Counted from the first letter of the stretch, positions 1-12,329 are shown. The stretch: DNA of 64,000 nt from Camelus dromedarius (GCF_036321535.1 NC_087436.1:106518001-106582000); one strand, 5' to 3'. The notes: generated from the letters alone by a model not told the origin. Numbers and translations are program-made.

Positions 1-173
1 AAAGTGAGCGATTAGTTGAGCCCTTGCCGGGCTTTTTTTTTCCACCTGCCAATTCTACATGTATTGTTGTGGTTTTATTCATTGTATGAAAATTCCTGTG
101 ATTTTTTTTTTTAAATGTGCAGTACACATCAGCCTCACTGAGCTAATAAAGGGAAACGAATGTTTCAAATCTA
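1..173 (+). other. PBX1: Distal end of the 3' UTR (last exon) of an upstream gene, tentatively PBX1
   Basis: U-rich UTR-like sequence ending in AATAAA plus a cleavage region. The string ...cagcctcactgagctaataaagggaaacgaatgtttcaaatcta matches my recollection of the human PBX1 mRNA end, and a long gene-free downstream region fits. Gene identity is from memory, not a search. Confidence 0.5.
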
Positions 174-195
174 CTTCTGCTTTTCTTATTTATCG
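60..195 (+). terminator. Pol II cleavage/polyadenylation site
   Basis: TGTA (CFIm) motifs at 60-63 and 83-86, AATAAA at 145-150, probable cleavage at ~172-173, U-rich downstream element cttctgcttttcttatttat at 174-193. Confidence 0.8.
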
Positions 196-1021
196 TAACC
201 AAACTCCTGGCATGTTTCTCAGATCAGTACACATTACTGGCTTATTATTATTCTATTTCCTCTCTGGATCTCCCTCCCCCTCCCCCTCTTTTCCATATTC
301 ATGGATGGATTTCAGCTCTAAGGTAACATGCACCTTCTGTATTTTAGCTTGTCTCCTTTCAAACAGCAAAGGCGGACGTGGTGATTTCTATAATAAGAAG
401 TGACGTGGGGCTTTATCAAATGGATGAGCTCTGTTTTTGTACTTAACCCTGGAAAGTGTGAATTTTAAGTCCAAGCCATTGCCTCTAGTGAGAAACCTGC
501 TAAATATTCAGCTTAGGAAACAATTTGACTATAATGGACTGAATATTTTTTGAAGACTTGTAGCAGAATGCACCTCCCCGCTCCTCCGTCATATGTAAGT
601 CATCAGGTTAAATATGGGAGAAGCTGATAGACAGCTGCTGATAATGACTTACTGTCAGGATATCCCCTGTGCCTCATAGGCGACTGGTGGTCCTTGTGAC
701 CGAGAAGCCAGAGAATACATTATTAGCGCTCTGTCCTCCCCCGATTTCAGATAGTAGTCCCCATGCCCAACCGCTTACACTGCAAGATTCAGCATAAACC
801 TAGCAATAGGAAAGGGGGCTAAATATATCCCAGCCCCTGGCCCCCTTTCTCCTACAGAAAAAAAAATGTTCGTGATTACTGGAAACGTGAAAGAGCAATG
901 AATAGTGCGCTGAAATCTGCTAAAGGACGCAAGAGGCACTTCCCATGACTCCGTTTCTATTTGATACCGCTGTGAGACTTGCCAATAACTTTATCAAAAT
1001 AGAAAGGAAAAACCTACCATT

Positions 1022-1200
1022 TATCAGTAACCTAAAATGAAAAAGGATATGAAAACAAATGTATGTATGTATATGTGTGACTGAAACATTATGCTGTACA
1101 TCAGAAATTGACAACATTGTAAACTGACTACACTACAATAAAAAAGGCACAAAAAATAAAACAAAACAAAAATAAATAATTAAGAGCAAAAAAAAAAAAA
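1022..1200 (+). mobile_element. 5'-truncated L1 3' end (cetartiodactyl type) with A-tail and target-site duplication (TSD)
   Basis: L1 3' UTR text (gactgaaacattatgctgtacatcagaaattgacaacattgtaaactgac...aataaa) and an A-rich tail. TSD aaaaacctaccatt (1008-1021) / aaaaatctaccatt (1197-1210). Confidence 0.9.
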
Positions 1201-1324
1201 ATCTACCATTATCTTGCCCAAATACTTCATTCATCTACAGCTGTGGGTTCTAAGAACTCCTGAGATTCAGTGGATAAGCCTCAGATCCTAACTTATTTCC
1301 ACTGGAGTTTAAACTGTATAGGAC

Positions 1325-1476
1325 TTTTTAATTTAATTTAATTTAATTTAATTTAAATTTGGGAGGAAGTAAGCAGGTTTATTTATTTATTCTTAGAGGA
1401 GGTACTGGGGATTGAAACCAGGACCTCATGCATGCTAAACCTGTACTCTACCATTTGAGCTATACCATCCCCCACC
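1325..1476 (-). mobile_element. tRNA-derived SINE (camelid type)
   Basis: Minus strand reads ggtatagctcaaatggtagagtacag...gaggtcctggtttcaatccccagtacctcc (A and B boxes), followed by a (TAAAT)n tail. TSD gtataggac (1316-1324) / gtatagaac (1477-1485). Confidence 0.9.
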
Positions 1477-4400
1477 GTATAGAACATTTTTAGTCTTCTG
1501 GCTGGAATTAGAAAGGGCAATAGAATAATAAAAGTCTTTTGAGGGTAAAGAGGGATTTTTAAGAAAAAAAAAAAAAGTAGTAGCCGCTAGTCTTGTACAG
1601 GAACATCCTGATTAGAGACAAAGGATTCATTTGATGTTGTCCTCAAACATTAAATCACTTCCATCCTTGATGATACTAATGGTGAAATAATTATTGAAAC
1701 CAAAATTAGGCTGACAAAATAAGTGAACACTGGATATGAACAGTTTATTTGAAAGGAGCTTGTTTCAATTCAGAAGTCCTCCACACTAAATCTGTTTAAA
1801 GTATACAATGTGATATTCAAAATTCTTTTTCAGCGTTGCCAGTTTTCACTGTCGCATTATTTAGCTAACCATTGGATGTATTTTACAGCTCTAAGAGCGT
1901 TAGTGTACTCATTTGACACTAGTGTTACTAGCTACACAGTTGTAACTCAGTATTAATTACAAAATATTTTAACCAAGGCGTTCCCTTTTTGCAATATTTA
2001 CTTGTATTAATCTTACATTCTGCCATTCTTTCTTGCGATTCCTTGTTTTCAAACACATGATACACTATTATAAATCAATCTTCGCGCTTTATCAAACAGC
2101 AGAGAGTAATAAAGAAGGTCACAGCTCACAGAGGAGCTCCTTGGAGGTTTGTAACATCATGATTTAAATCTCAGAAAGATTTAATCAAACGCTGAATTAA
2201 TCCCTGGGGGAAAAGATGTTATATAGATTCTATTGATGGGCACAAAGCAGCCTATTTCTTTTCACTGCTCTCTGTTAACATGTTGGGGAAGAGGAACAAA
2301 GTTTTTCTGTGGGAAAGAAAATAAGATTTCCTGGGTGGGGGAGGGATAATATGCAATGACCTTTGTGTCAGGTTTCTTCCCTCTCATTCAAGATGGTCCT
2401 TTTTATGCCACTTGCCATGATGTTATCTACTCTTTAAGTGTGTGGTGAAGTTAAATGCCCTCCGCCCTCCTGCTCCCCTCCATGCCCCCCTTGTGATTCC
2501 AGTAATTCTGCAAAGTCCCCAAAGCTCCACTCCAGTCAAGCATGTGGAATGTGCAGGTCACATGAACTGGTTTCCAAGGCTTCCATTGTAATCAGGTGAC
2601 TGCCCCGGGGGCAAATTCTCAGCATTCAGGGACACTGGAAACTTGCAGGAAGAAATGACTTTAAAATTCGGGTATTTCTAGGACCAGGTTCTACTGAAAA
2701 GTCTAACACTGTTTCTTGATTAGGATATATGCTGAGGACCAGATGCCACTGCCTTCCCATATGCCTCTTTCCTGTCCATAATTCTATAAGATTGTGATAT
2801 TCCTTTTAACCCTAAAACCATTACTTACCATTGGCTGACTTATAAAAGGGGCAACGTGGAACTAATTGACAAAAGTGAGAGAACTTTTGGAGGAGAAAGC
2901 CAAATGACCCTATAATATTTTCATGATTAAATTAAATGAGCATCATTATACATGCACATATGCACACCAAGACATTATTATAATCAAGCACCTTAAAATA
3001 TGATATTGTTCCAAATTTATGCATATAGCCCTTACTGAAGGCAAGTAGCTAGTGTGATATTTGAATTTGCATATTGACCATTTTCATATATTTTCATATA
3101 TTAATTTCTTTAGTAGGAAGAAGCTGAACGATTAGGGAAAATCCTGGGGTGATTTAGAAAAAAATATTATGCTTCTGCTCGGTTTTGAACATCGGGAGCA
3201 CTTGGCAACATTATCTTTTTTTTTTCCCCACATAGTTTTCTGTGATGGATTTCCAACAAGATGACATCCAAGCGAAAGCCGAAATTAAATGGGAAGGAAA
3301 GAATGTTAAGTGCTAAAATCCTAAATAGCGTATTAGACTACTTAATTGGAGAGAATTTATTTTTGCCGCTGTTCAGGACTATTGTTGAGCTTCTCTCTAA
3401 CGATACTAAGTGATGGGGAAAGAAGGGGCTGTAGTAATACAGTTAACGCACAACGCCCTCCAGCTAGTCGTTGAGGGAGTTCGCAGGTACTTTCCTTTGA
3501 TTGACTTTGGTGGTGTTGAAAATCATTCATATCAATGCTCTCACACTTCGTTTCCAGCCAGGTCTCTGGCTAATTCCAACCAGAGCTTCACAGTGCACTT
3601 AAAAGACTTAAAAGAAAATGAGACTGCGCTCGCTTCTAGTTTAACCATTTAGCAGTCTGCAGCTTGATTGCTTTACCCTCTAATCAAGTGACTCACGTTT
3701 CGTAGTGCTCAGAGGCACCGCCCTCTGTAAGCGCCTCACTGTTTGTTGGTAGGACTATGTGTGCACTGTCCCGGAATGATGATTAATTACTCCACTTCCT
3801 AGAGGAGGAAAAGTTGGTAAAAGGGTCACACAGAGTGATGCGGCCATGTTACTTTCATGTGAGGTGACTTAATGATCAAGGGCATTGCATGGCCTGATTT
3901 TCCTCCAGTTATCTGGCTACGTGGAACAAAACATCCTGGTACTATTCCGTGAGCTGTCTTTCCCAGGGTCAACATCTGAATTGCAGGTCAGACCATTCGG
4001 CAGGAGAACGATTGGAGGGAAAGCAAGAATCGGAGCTCACTGCCTCATATCTGGCCTCTGTGTCTGAGGAGGGGAGGTACCTGTGTGTCGGGGCTGACAT
4101 TTCCCCATTTTTCATGGCAGGAATGGTGGTGTACAAAGGGAGCGTCCACGTACACGCCTGATGAATGAGACAATTCACAGAGAGCTCATAAGAGTTCCTT
4201 TGTCACACGGGGCCGGAGTCTCATTGAGCCACGTTCTGCCATGACACACCATGGCAAAGACCAAGACTAGAAAGGTCAGCTGAAGGAAAGAGAAGGAATA
4301 AATAGAAGGTTAACCAAACACAATTGAACTTCAGGTACAAAGCAAGGTTTGGACACAGATTCCCCATGGTTTCTTACTTGCCTTTTGTGCCGACTCATTC

Positions 4401-5234
4401 TATGGGATTATATAAACAAAAGGGGCAATCGTACAGCTCAGCCTGTGGAGCTGTGAATGAGAGATTGCCCTTACAAAGCTGGTTCTATAGGTGTGTGTGT
4501 GTGTGGTTCAGTGTTAGCTCAACAGCAGCTGGCCTTGACCCACCTGGCATTTGCTTGGAGGAGTTATTAAAATTCTGTTGATTGCCTGGGCTACTAGATG
4601 GGTGGGAGGCTTTTAGGGATGTCCATAACCATGTTTTTGGATAGAAATTTTCAGGTTTATTTTCATGGAACGATTAAAAAAAAAAAAAAAAACTTCCCCT
4701 GTGTGCGTACAATAAACAGAGCTCTTCACGTCCCAAGGATGCGGTGCAGAAGATCCCATTTCTTACTTCTGATTCTTTCAGGTTTTCTGTCCCCAGAGTA
4801 GCCATCTGCAGCAAGGCAGCTTCACAGACTTCCAGCACTTTGAAGGTTAAACTTGAACCCCTTCAAAATTCATACCTGTTAGATACCATGCAGACATTTG
4901 AATTCATGGCATTGGGGTGATTTAAAGGCATTATTTGCTTTTTTCCCACACTTTTAAAAACTTAGCCTTAACCAACGCCATTTGGGAACTTGATCAGTTT
5001 GGAGGCTTCCTGTCTTAGAATTAGGTCTTAGTGGCACACCTGGCTCACTCGCTGCTCAGCAGTTTCAACTTGATCTGACACTTCTCTTCTAATATCTTAA
5101 TTTTCAAGTTAGATGAATTTTTTTGTTGCAGTAAAAGGAGGCTAATGTGAAAACTCTAGCCTCCATTTGAAAGTCCAGCAAATTGAAGGTGCGACTACAA
5201 CAATGAAGATGATGCTAATGACCGTGATGGTAGC

Positions 5235-5445
5235 AACTAATATTTACTGTGGGCTTGCAGTCTTGGGGTCACTTTGCTTAACCCTTTATGTGAATTTTCT
5301 TAACAAACCCTCCTAACTAAAGAATGGGGCAGGAGTACAGCTATTCTCATCCTGTCGGTGAGGAAGCGGAAGTGCAGAGAAGTAACTGCCAAGATTTGGG
5401 TGAAGTCCCGTTGACCCCAAAATTTACTTAATCGACTATTGTGCT
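5235..5445 (-). mobile_element. MIR SINE fragment
   Basis: Degenerate MIR core (gaggaagcggaagtgcagagaagtaactgccaag). Confidence 0.5.
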
Positions 5446-5719
5446 ATAGATAATGCCTCTGCCAATAAAATACCGATGCCCAAAGGGAAGCATTTTTTCA
5501 TTGGAAGCAATTGCACAGTTTGTGTGGTTTTGCTGTTACCACCTTGTGAGAGCCAGACTGTGCAGACAACGCGTTCATTCCATCCACATTCACTGAACAC
5601 TTCATATGGGCTGGAAACCTCACCAGGTACTAGGAACAGAAGGGGCTAGTTGCAATACAGTAAGAAAAAATAAACTGTGTATTCACTGTTAGCATCAGCA
5701 GGGCACTGGGGTGAGAGAA

Positions 5720-6045
5720 TGTGGGTGTGTGTGTATACATATACATGTGTGTATATGTGTATATATACACCTGACCCTTGAATAACACGGGGGTTAGGAG
5801 TGCCTACAACATACACAGTCAAAAATCTGAAAATAACTTTGCAGTCAAGCCTCCATATCCAAGGTTCTGCATCACATCATATTTAAAAATCCATATTTAA
5901 AAACCCACGTACAGGTGGACACTGGCAGTTCAAATCTGTGTTGCCCAAGGGTCAACTGTATATGTATACATGTATATATGTATTTGTGTGTGTGTGTATA
6001 TACATGTAAATATGTCTATGTGTGGGCACGTGTGTGTGTGTGTGT
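5720..6045. repeat. (TG)n/(TA)n low-complexity tracts flanking the MITE
   Basis: Alternating purine-pyrimidine runs at 5720-5767 and 5959-6045. Confidence 0.85.
5768..5958. mobile_element. TcMar-Tigger non-autonomous DNA transposon (MER8/Tigger2-like MITE)
   Basis: Terminal inverted repeats cacctgacccttgaataacacgg ... ctgtgttgcccaagggtcaactg, with TA on both sides (5766-5767 and 5959-5960). Confidence 0.85.
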
Positions 6046-6849
6046 TTTATGGGAAATATATTGCTGTATAATGTCTGTGAGGTTGAGGCCAGAGATTCTC
6101 ATACTTAATGGGCAGGAATGGCAAAGTGCTGTAATCCCGCGGTACACAATTTGATTTAAAAGCCAATCAGCTTTCAGCAAAGTAGACCTCCTCTCTATAT
6201 TCAAATGACTTTAGAGCTGGTTGACCATTACCACTGAGGTATTCCATCACTGACAACAATCATCAATATTGTACAGCTCTTTATGGTTTTCCAAACTCTG
6301 TTGAAAAGTTTCTGGTTTAAAGCTAGGATTTGTGACAAGCTACAGGCATCTTGACTGGCCATCTTTTGACTGAACACCTCCTATTTCCTGTTTAGTCATT
6401 GTTACCTTGAATATCAGCTGGTCATGACAGAGTACCTTCTTAACATTTCTCAGCGGTCTTTGTCTGGCTTTCTCTCTATAGCGCTAACCCCTCTACAGTA
6501 AGATCGCTGAGGTAATCAGTCACAAGACACTCACAGGTCGGGTTCATGGGTGGTCTTTGTGGGGTCGTGTTCACGTTGCGTCTGGCACCAGTAGCAGAGA
6601 AAAGAGGGCCCGGTTTCTAACACTGCAATATTTGGGCTTCATTTCCAACCCAGTGGCTGAGCTCCATGAGATCAGCTAAAATTATAAAGAGGGAGAGAGG
6701 GGTAGTTGATCACGGACTTTGGTCTTTGGAATTCTATGAACCTTAAAAAAATAGTCCAGGGCTTTCGGTCTCCATGGTGAGAGAAAACATTCCAACAAAG
6801 GTTTAACAATGGCTGCAAAATAGACATTGTCACAGACTCTTTTAAAAAT

Positions 6850-7190
6850 GTTTTTAAGCCTCAATTAGAAAACATTTCAAACAGACAGGTAAGTGCATGA
6901 AATAATAGAGTAAAACCCTATGTATTCACTTCCTAGATTTATGAGATCTTAACATTTTACCCTCTATGCTTAAGATTGCTTTTAAAACTAATCACATCCC
7001 CATCTCTTTTCTTCCCCTTCCCTCCTCCGTAGACCTGTCTCCTGCAGTTAGTGTGTTGTTATTCCCATCCATTTCTTTTTCTCTTAACTACATTTCCGTG
7101 TATCCAAAAGTAAGATGCGGTATTATTTTGTGTCTTTTGAAAATTTACATAATGTTCTACTGTATGTATCCTTTCAGCAATTTGCCAGTG
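6850..7190 (-). mobile_element. Old L1 (L1ME-like) 3' fragment
   Basis: Degenerate L1M 3' UTR motifs (aatttacataatgttctactgtatgtatcctttcagcaatttgc). Confidence 0.5.
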
Positions 7191-9554
7191 GTGCCTTTTA
7201 ATGCAAATGCAATTAGAACAATTCAGCCTTGCTGTAAGCCAGAAGGAAATCCTTCTTTCCAGGTGTTTGGAGTTGCCATAGCAGCTGCTCCAACTGTCCC
7301 AGCTAATCATTCTTCACAGCATTCCTGACATTCATCTTGGTTTCCTATTTATCACTTTGGCTCATTGGTAAGTGCATTTATGCAATATCTTTAAAAGTCT
7401 TTGACCCTTGATCCAAACCTTTCTCCTACTTACTGAGTGGTTATGAAGTTGTTCCAAGGGAATAGGAGGTCATAAAATCACAGCTGAAGTTGGAAACCCA
7501 TACCTAGGTAGGTTTTGTTTTTTTTTTAAATGATAGAATGGATTCTGATTTTTCTTCTTTGTTAAGTCAGAGATATTTGCCAGATCCTTAAACTTCCCAT
7601 TCCTAACATACCTGTGAGTGGTCATGCCCTCTCTAGAGAGGACATTGGGGAGCCCAGCACTGAAGAAATTATTTCTTGTAATAGTAACCGATTAAACTAG
7701 TTACCAGCTGGGGAGCATGTTTCAGCACTTAAGTTAATTGAACTGTTGCAAACGAAATATGATTCTAAATTGTTTCAGTATTCCAAAGCACTTCATGCGT
7801 GCAGAGAAAAATGAAAAAATATTACCAAATTGGTTTGAAATGTGCAAATCAGGCATATAGCGCTGACATTTAGATCTCTGACCTGATAACTCTGCAGTAG
7901 GCACCTTGAAAAACTTTTCGGGCTAATTTTTTTTCGTCTTTTGCTGAGCTCTCCTTTGAAATCCCTGAACCACTACTTGATGCGATATTCAATAAGTGGA
8001 AGTCAGGCTGCAATCAGAAAGGGAACTGTCTGCATCAGGGTTTTTCTACCAATTTTCCCAGAAAATAATCTCTTTGTGATTCATTTCATGGGCCAAGTAA
8101 GAAAGGAATTGTTGAAAGGAGGTTGGGCTTCATAGAGGAAATGCAGTATTTTTTTTTTTCCTGGGGGAATCTGGTTAGAATTTGGTTTGTGGATCTGTTT
8201 GGAAGGCATGGTTCTCCTTGAGGGGGGTGGCCTTTCTGTACTGAGAACCACTGTACACAATCAGTGAATATTTAAATTCAAGAAGGAGGTGGTCCTAAGG
8301 TCAGTCTGGATGGCAGAAGATGCTACTTCCCTATCGGGTATGTCCCTTCTCCTTCATGTCTCCCCCATCAGCCAACAAATATAGAGATGCTATTTCATTT
8401 CCAGAGCTCTCTGTTGCTATGAGTTTTCCAACTCTCTACACAGATCAGGCCCAGGGCTGGGACTGAATGGGTTGTTTAAGAAGCTTGGATGAGCTGTGAA
8501 CCTCTTGGCAGGTTAATGAATCATCATGAGTAACAAGTTACGCAAGATTTGTGGCAACTCTTACACCCTCTCCAAGGCTGCCCCTCCCCCTCCCAAAGGA
8601 AACTTAAGAGTAAGATGAAGTGAAATATCATATCCACTGACTTCATGGACTCTATTTGAGAAGATAAATAAAACTGAAAGAATTACAGAGTGAATGTCAC
8701 GATGAGGGTCTTTGAGGACACAATCAAGGATGCTCAGGGTCGCAGAGAGTAAGTCCCTGGCTTCAGGTCACACAGTGGTAGAGTTTGTGTTAGAAAATGG
8801 GCTGTCATAGTTGTTTCAGTGACACCACAAGTTGCTGGGCACAGTAAAATATCAGACCATGAACCAGTAACACCCTGCCAAGAACAAGCCCATGCAGAAC
8901 AGTCCATAAGGACAACAGGGATACTGACTGACCAGTCAGGTGTGGCCAAGAAGGGAGGCAGACTCCACCTCAGTACAGATAAGGCAGCTGCACCCATAGT
9001 AAGAGTTGAGAGGTTCATGGCAGATTCCTTACTCTAAAATATATCTTCTGTGGCTTAACCAATAGAAGATGGAAATTCAACACTTGGTGATTCTTGTGTT
9101 TTTGAATTAAACTGAAAGTTCTCTTGGGAAAGATGATAAACTCTGGCCATTACCAGTTCCAGCTCACTGTTGCTCAGATCATTTCAAGATGACAGGTGGC
9201 TGTGTCTGATCAAAAGCGAGAGAAGTCTGGATACCAAAGCCCTCACTACCTGGAGGAAGGCTGGAAGGGACAATGACACTGGGCAGTCAGAAGGATGTAT
9301 AGTCAGTGTGTCACTGCCTTCACAGTCATGGTGAAGTTTGAGTGGGTTCCCGGAAGGAGATGTAGTGTTCCTTTATAGTCTCAATATTTAAGGGACTTTC
9401 TTTCCCACTTATATAGGCATTCATTAAATATTTATTTAATACCCACTTCAGCTGGACCTGGAAGGGATGAATCGTGTAGTTCTTCCATTTAAGAAACTCC
9501 TAAGCAAGTGTGGAGGTTTACACAGTGCTTGACAAGCTTTAGAAAAATGCCTAT

Positions 9555-9790
9555 GTCCCAGACACTGTTTTAGTCACCAAAGTAGCAAAATCAATGAAAG
9601 AGAGACCCTGTCCTCAGGCAATTTGCAAATGAATGAATGCACACAATAGAATGAGCAAATAATACAGGAATGTCCCAAGATCTATGGCAACAAATCTGTT
9701 ACTCATAAGGGAGACGAGACAGTGAAAGCTTCATGGACCTTTATTACAAAAGCTCACCTTGATGTGTGGAGCTAAGCAGCAGAAGAATTC
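9555..9790 (-). mobile_element. L2 fragment
   Basis: ccagacactgttttag...agaccctgtcctcaggcaattt resembles the L2 3' end in reverse orientation. Confidence 0.45.
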
Positions 9791-9977
9791 AGAAGTGGTA
9801 AGTTTCTCTTTCTCCAGATCTCTCCTTGAGCGGGGAGTGTTCAAGATCTCCCTAATCTGCCTGCTTATGAACACTTGCCATCTTTCATTGACTTGGTTTA
9901 AGTGTTACCTTCTCCAGAAGAATTTCCCAGACCTATCTCTCCCCATGTTCTGCCCTAGATTTGTAGAGCTGACTCCA

Positions 9978-10242
9978 TTTTTTTTTAATTGAAGTGTAGT
10001 CGATTTACAATGTGTAAATTTCTGGTGCACAGCATAGTGATTTAGTTATATATATGTTCTTTTCCATTATAGGACATTACAAGGTATTGCATATATTCCC
10101 TGTGCTAGACTGTAGGACCTTGCTGTCTATCTATTTGGTATATAGTAGGAGTATCTGCAATTCCCAGACTCCCGATTAATCCCTCCCCACCCCTTCCCCC
10201 CACCCCATAACTGTAAGTTTGTTTTCTATGTCTATGAGTCTG
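9978..10242 (-). mobile_element. 5'-truncated L1 3' end (cetartiodactyl type)
   Basis: Poly-T followed by aattgaagtgtagtcgatttacaatg...ttccctgtgctagactgtaggacc...gtttgttttctatgtctatgagtctg, homologous to the copy at 14038-14758. Confidence 0.9.
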
Positions 10243-11794
10243 GCTCCTTCATTTTTATGTCTTCTTCATATACACCTATCACAGCAACCATAATTTCATA
10301 TTCTAATTTATTAATTTACCTTTGGCCCTTTGAGTTGTCCCACTGACTGGATAAGTGAATAGAAATTGGCAGAATTTTCAGTTTTTGCTAAATGAATCCC
10401 CAAATGCCCTGGCTTTGAATCATTTCTGGAAGATTCTTCTTCTCAAGCTCCTATAAGAAGGGCAACTTACGATTCTCGATCTGGGAAAATGATGGCTCAA
10501 GCCTTCTCTGAGAAACTGTGTGTAAGGGGTACTCAAACGGTGGCACATTCCCTCTCCTGCTCATTCAAAGAACCACCCCCTGAAACGAGAGTTTGCTGTG
10601 ACAGTGATGTCTTCACTGGAGGGCGGTCGCGACAAGCTGCCTCCACCTGGTCCACGTGAAGCACGGGCTGCCTTTCCTCAGAGCTTCCTGACTTCGCCCC
10701 GCCCAGGCTAGTTCTGGGGGAATCTGTCTGCTGCTTCTGGTTTCTAAACATATTTTGCTTTTCTTTCCTAGCTGCATGGTTTTGATTTTGGATTCCTTGA
10801 AGTACACATCACCCAGGCCAATGTTTATGGTTCTTTTACCAAGTGGGAGTTGGGTCAGGCAAGGGGGGGGACGGTTGCTGATGACTGGGCTGCAGAACCA
10901 GCTTCCCCAGGAGCTGGTCATTAATCTAACATTCCGGTTATAGTTTTAGGGGAACTTCTCCAGGGCCACAGAGATTTCTGCTGATCCAAAGGACTTGGGG
11001 AAGCTTGTAACTCAGCACAAAAACCCCACCTGAGCTCAAATGGCTGAAGCCAGGAAGGTTTGCTCATGCCTTCCAAATACCTGTCCCCAAAGTCTCAATT
11101 CTGCTGTGTCTACGGCCAAATGAATTGTCACATCCGTGTGCATCCCCTACCCAGCAATCTGTTTATCAAGAAAGAAGCCTGTTGTCTCCCAAGTTCTACT
11201 TTCCAGGTGACTGATATTAATTAGTTTGCAGCCGGCGCAATTTATCTCTAGCTGAAACCAAAGCAGATGAAAATGCTGTCGCGCAGTAAGATTTCCTTTC
11301 TTGAAACGCTGAATGGGATGGAGATATGTATCTGGGAGAACAGGTTTCAGGTGGAGCTTCCATCAGCAGCGCTTTGAAATGCATTGTTAAACTACGGCTG
11401 ATCTGGGTGAGGAATAAAAATAGCATGTCATATTTTGACTACATTAACTCCTTTCCAACACGAGAGGCTGAGGCCCCTGCACAACGATAGACTTGCTCTG
11501 AAAGTAGTAAGTGCGGACTCCGTTCATAACTCTGGAGCTAGTTCTCAATTATTGGCATTTCTTGAAAGGTATCGCTAATTTCCTCAAAGCTGTGGCTCCA
11601 CTTCAGAATTCACCTCAGACCCCCCAATGCAGAGAACAAAGCTTTTAAATGAACCTACCTTCCTTTGTATTGTTATTGAGATTACCCCCTAAAATTGTCC
11701 CTTCTGGCTAGTTTGCATATGGAGTCAGCACTGGACCCCTGAGACGTTGACCAAAAGAGGTGATTAGGACCACCTGACAGTGAAATAATCGTCT

Positions 11795-11930
11795 ACTGTA
11801 GCTGTGTGATCCTAGCAAAGTTATTTCTTTACATTTCTTAGCTTCAGTTTCTTCCATAGAAAATGGGAAAATAAAGCCCGTTTTGCAGGGTTATGACATT
11901 TCCTGGGCTAATCTATATAAAAGAACCTGG
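11795..11930 (+). mobile_element. MIR fragment
   Basis: tagctgtgtgatcctagcaaagttattt...cttcagtttcttccatagaaaatggg. Confidence 0.6.
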
Positions 11931-12043
11931 GAAACAATGAACACACTCCCTTCTCTTCCTAGTGGCCCAAACGGGCAATTGAAATGCCTGCGAAAAAGTG
12001 GAAAGCTGTGATGAAATCTGATGTCAAGAGGATACCTTTTTAA

Positions 12044-12077
12044 ATATATATATATATATATATATTTTTTTTTTTTT
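12044..12077. repeat. (AT)n microsatellite followed by a T run
   Basis: Directly visible. Confidence 0.9.
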
Positions 12078-12329
12078 CCAATTCCATATACTATTCTAGA
12101 CAGATTAAGGGAACTGAAAACAACAACACAAAACCTATGGTCAGCTCAGGGCTGCAGAGCTGGTTGTAATCACGACCAACTGTATGTTTTTTGAGTGTGT
12201 GGTTTACCTCTCCAAGCACCACTTTTCATGTCTCTAAAGTGAAAGGGGCAGATGGCTTCCGGTTCTAACACGCTATGGACATAGAAAAATAGTGCAGTTG
12301 CCGCTCATCTTTCTCTCTCCACCCCTGTG

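Noticed and set aside
1325..1360. (TTTAA)n periodic repeat
   Set aside because: It is the SINE tail, not an independent array. No CRISPR-like repeat-spacer structure appears anywhere in the window.
3440..4250. Possible CpG island promoter
   Set aside because: GC and CpG density look too low for an island. It is kept only as an enhancer candidate.
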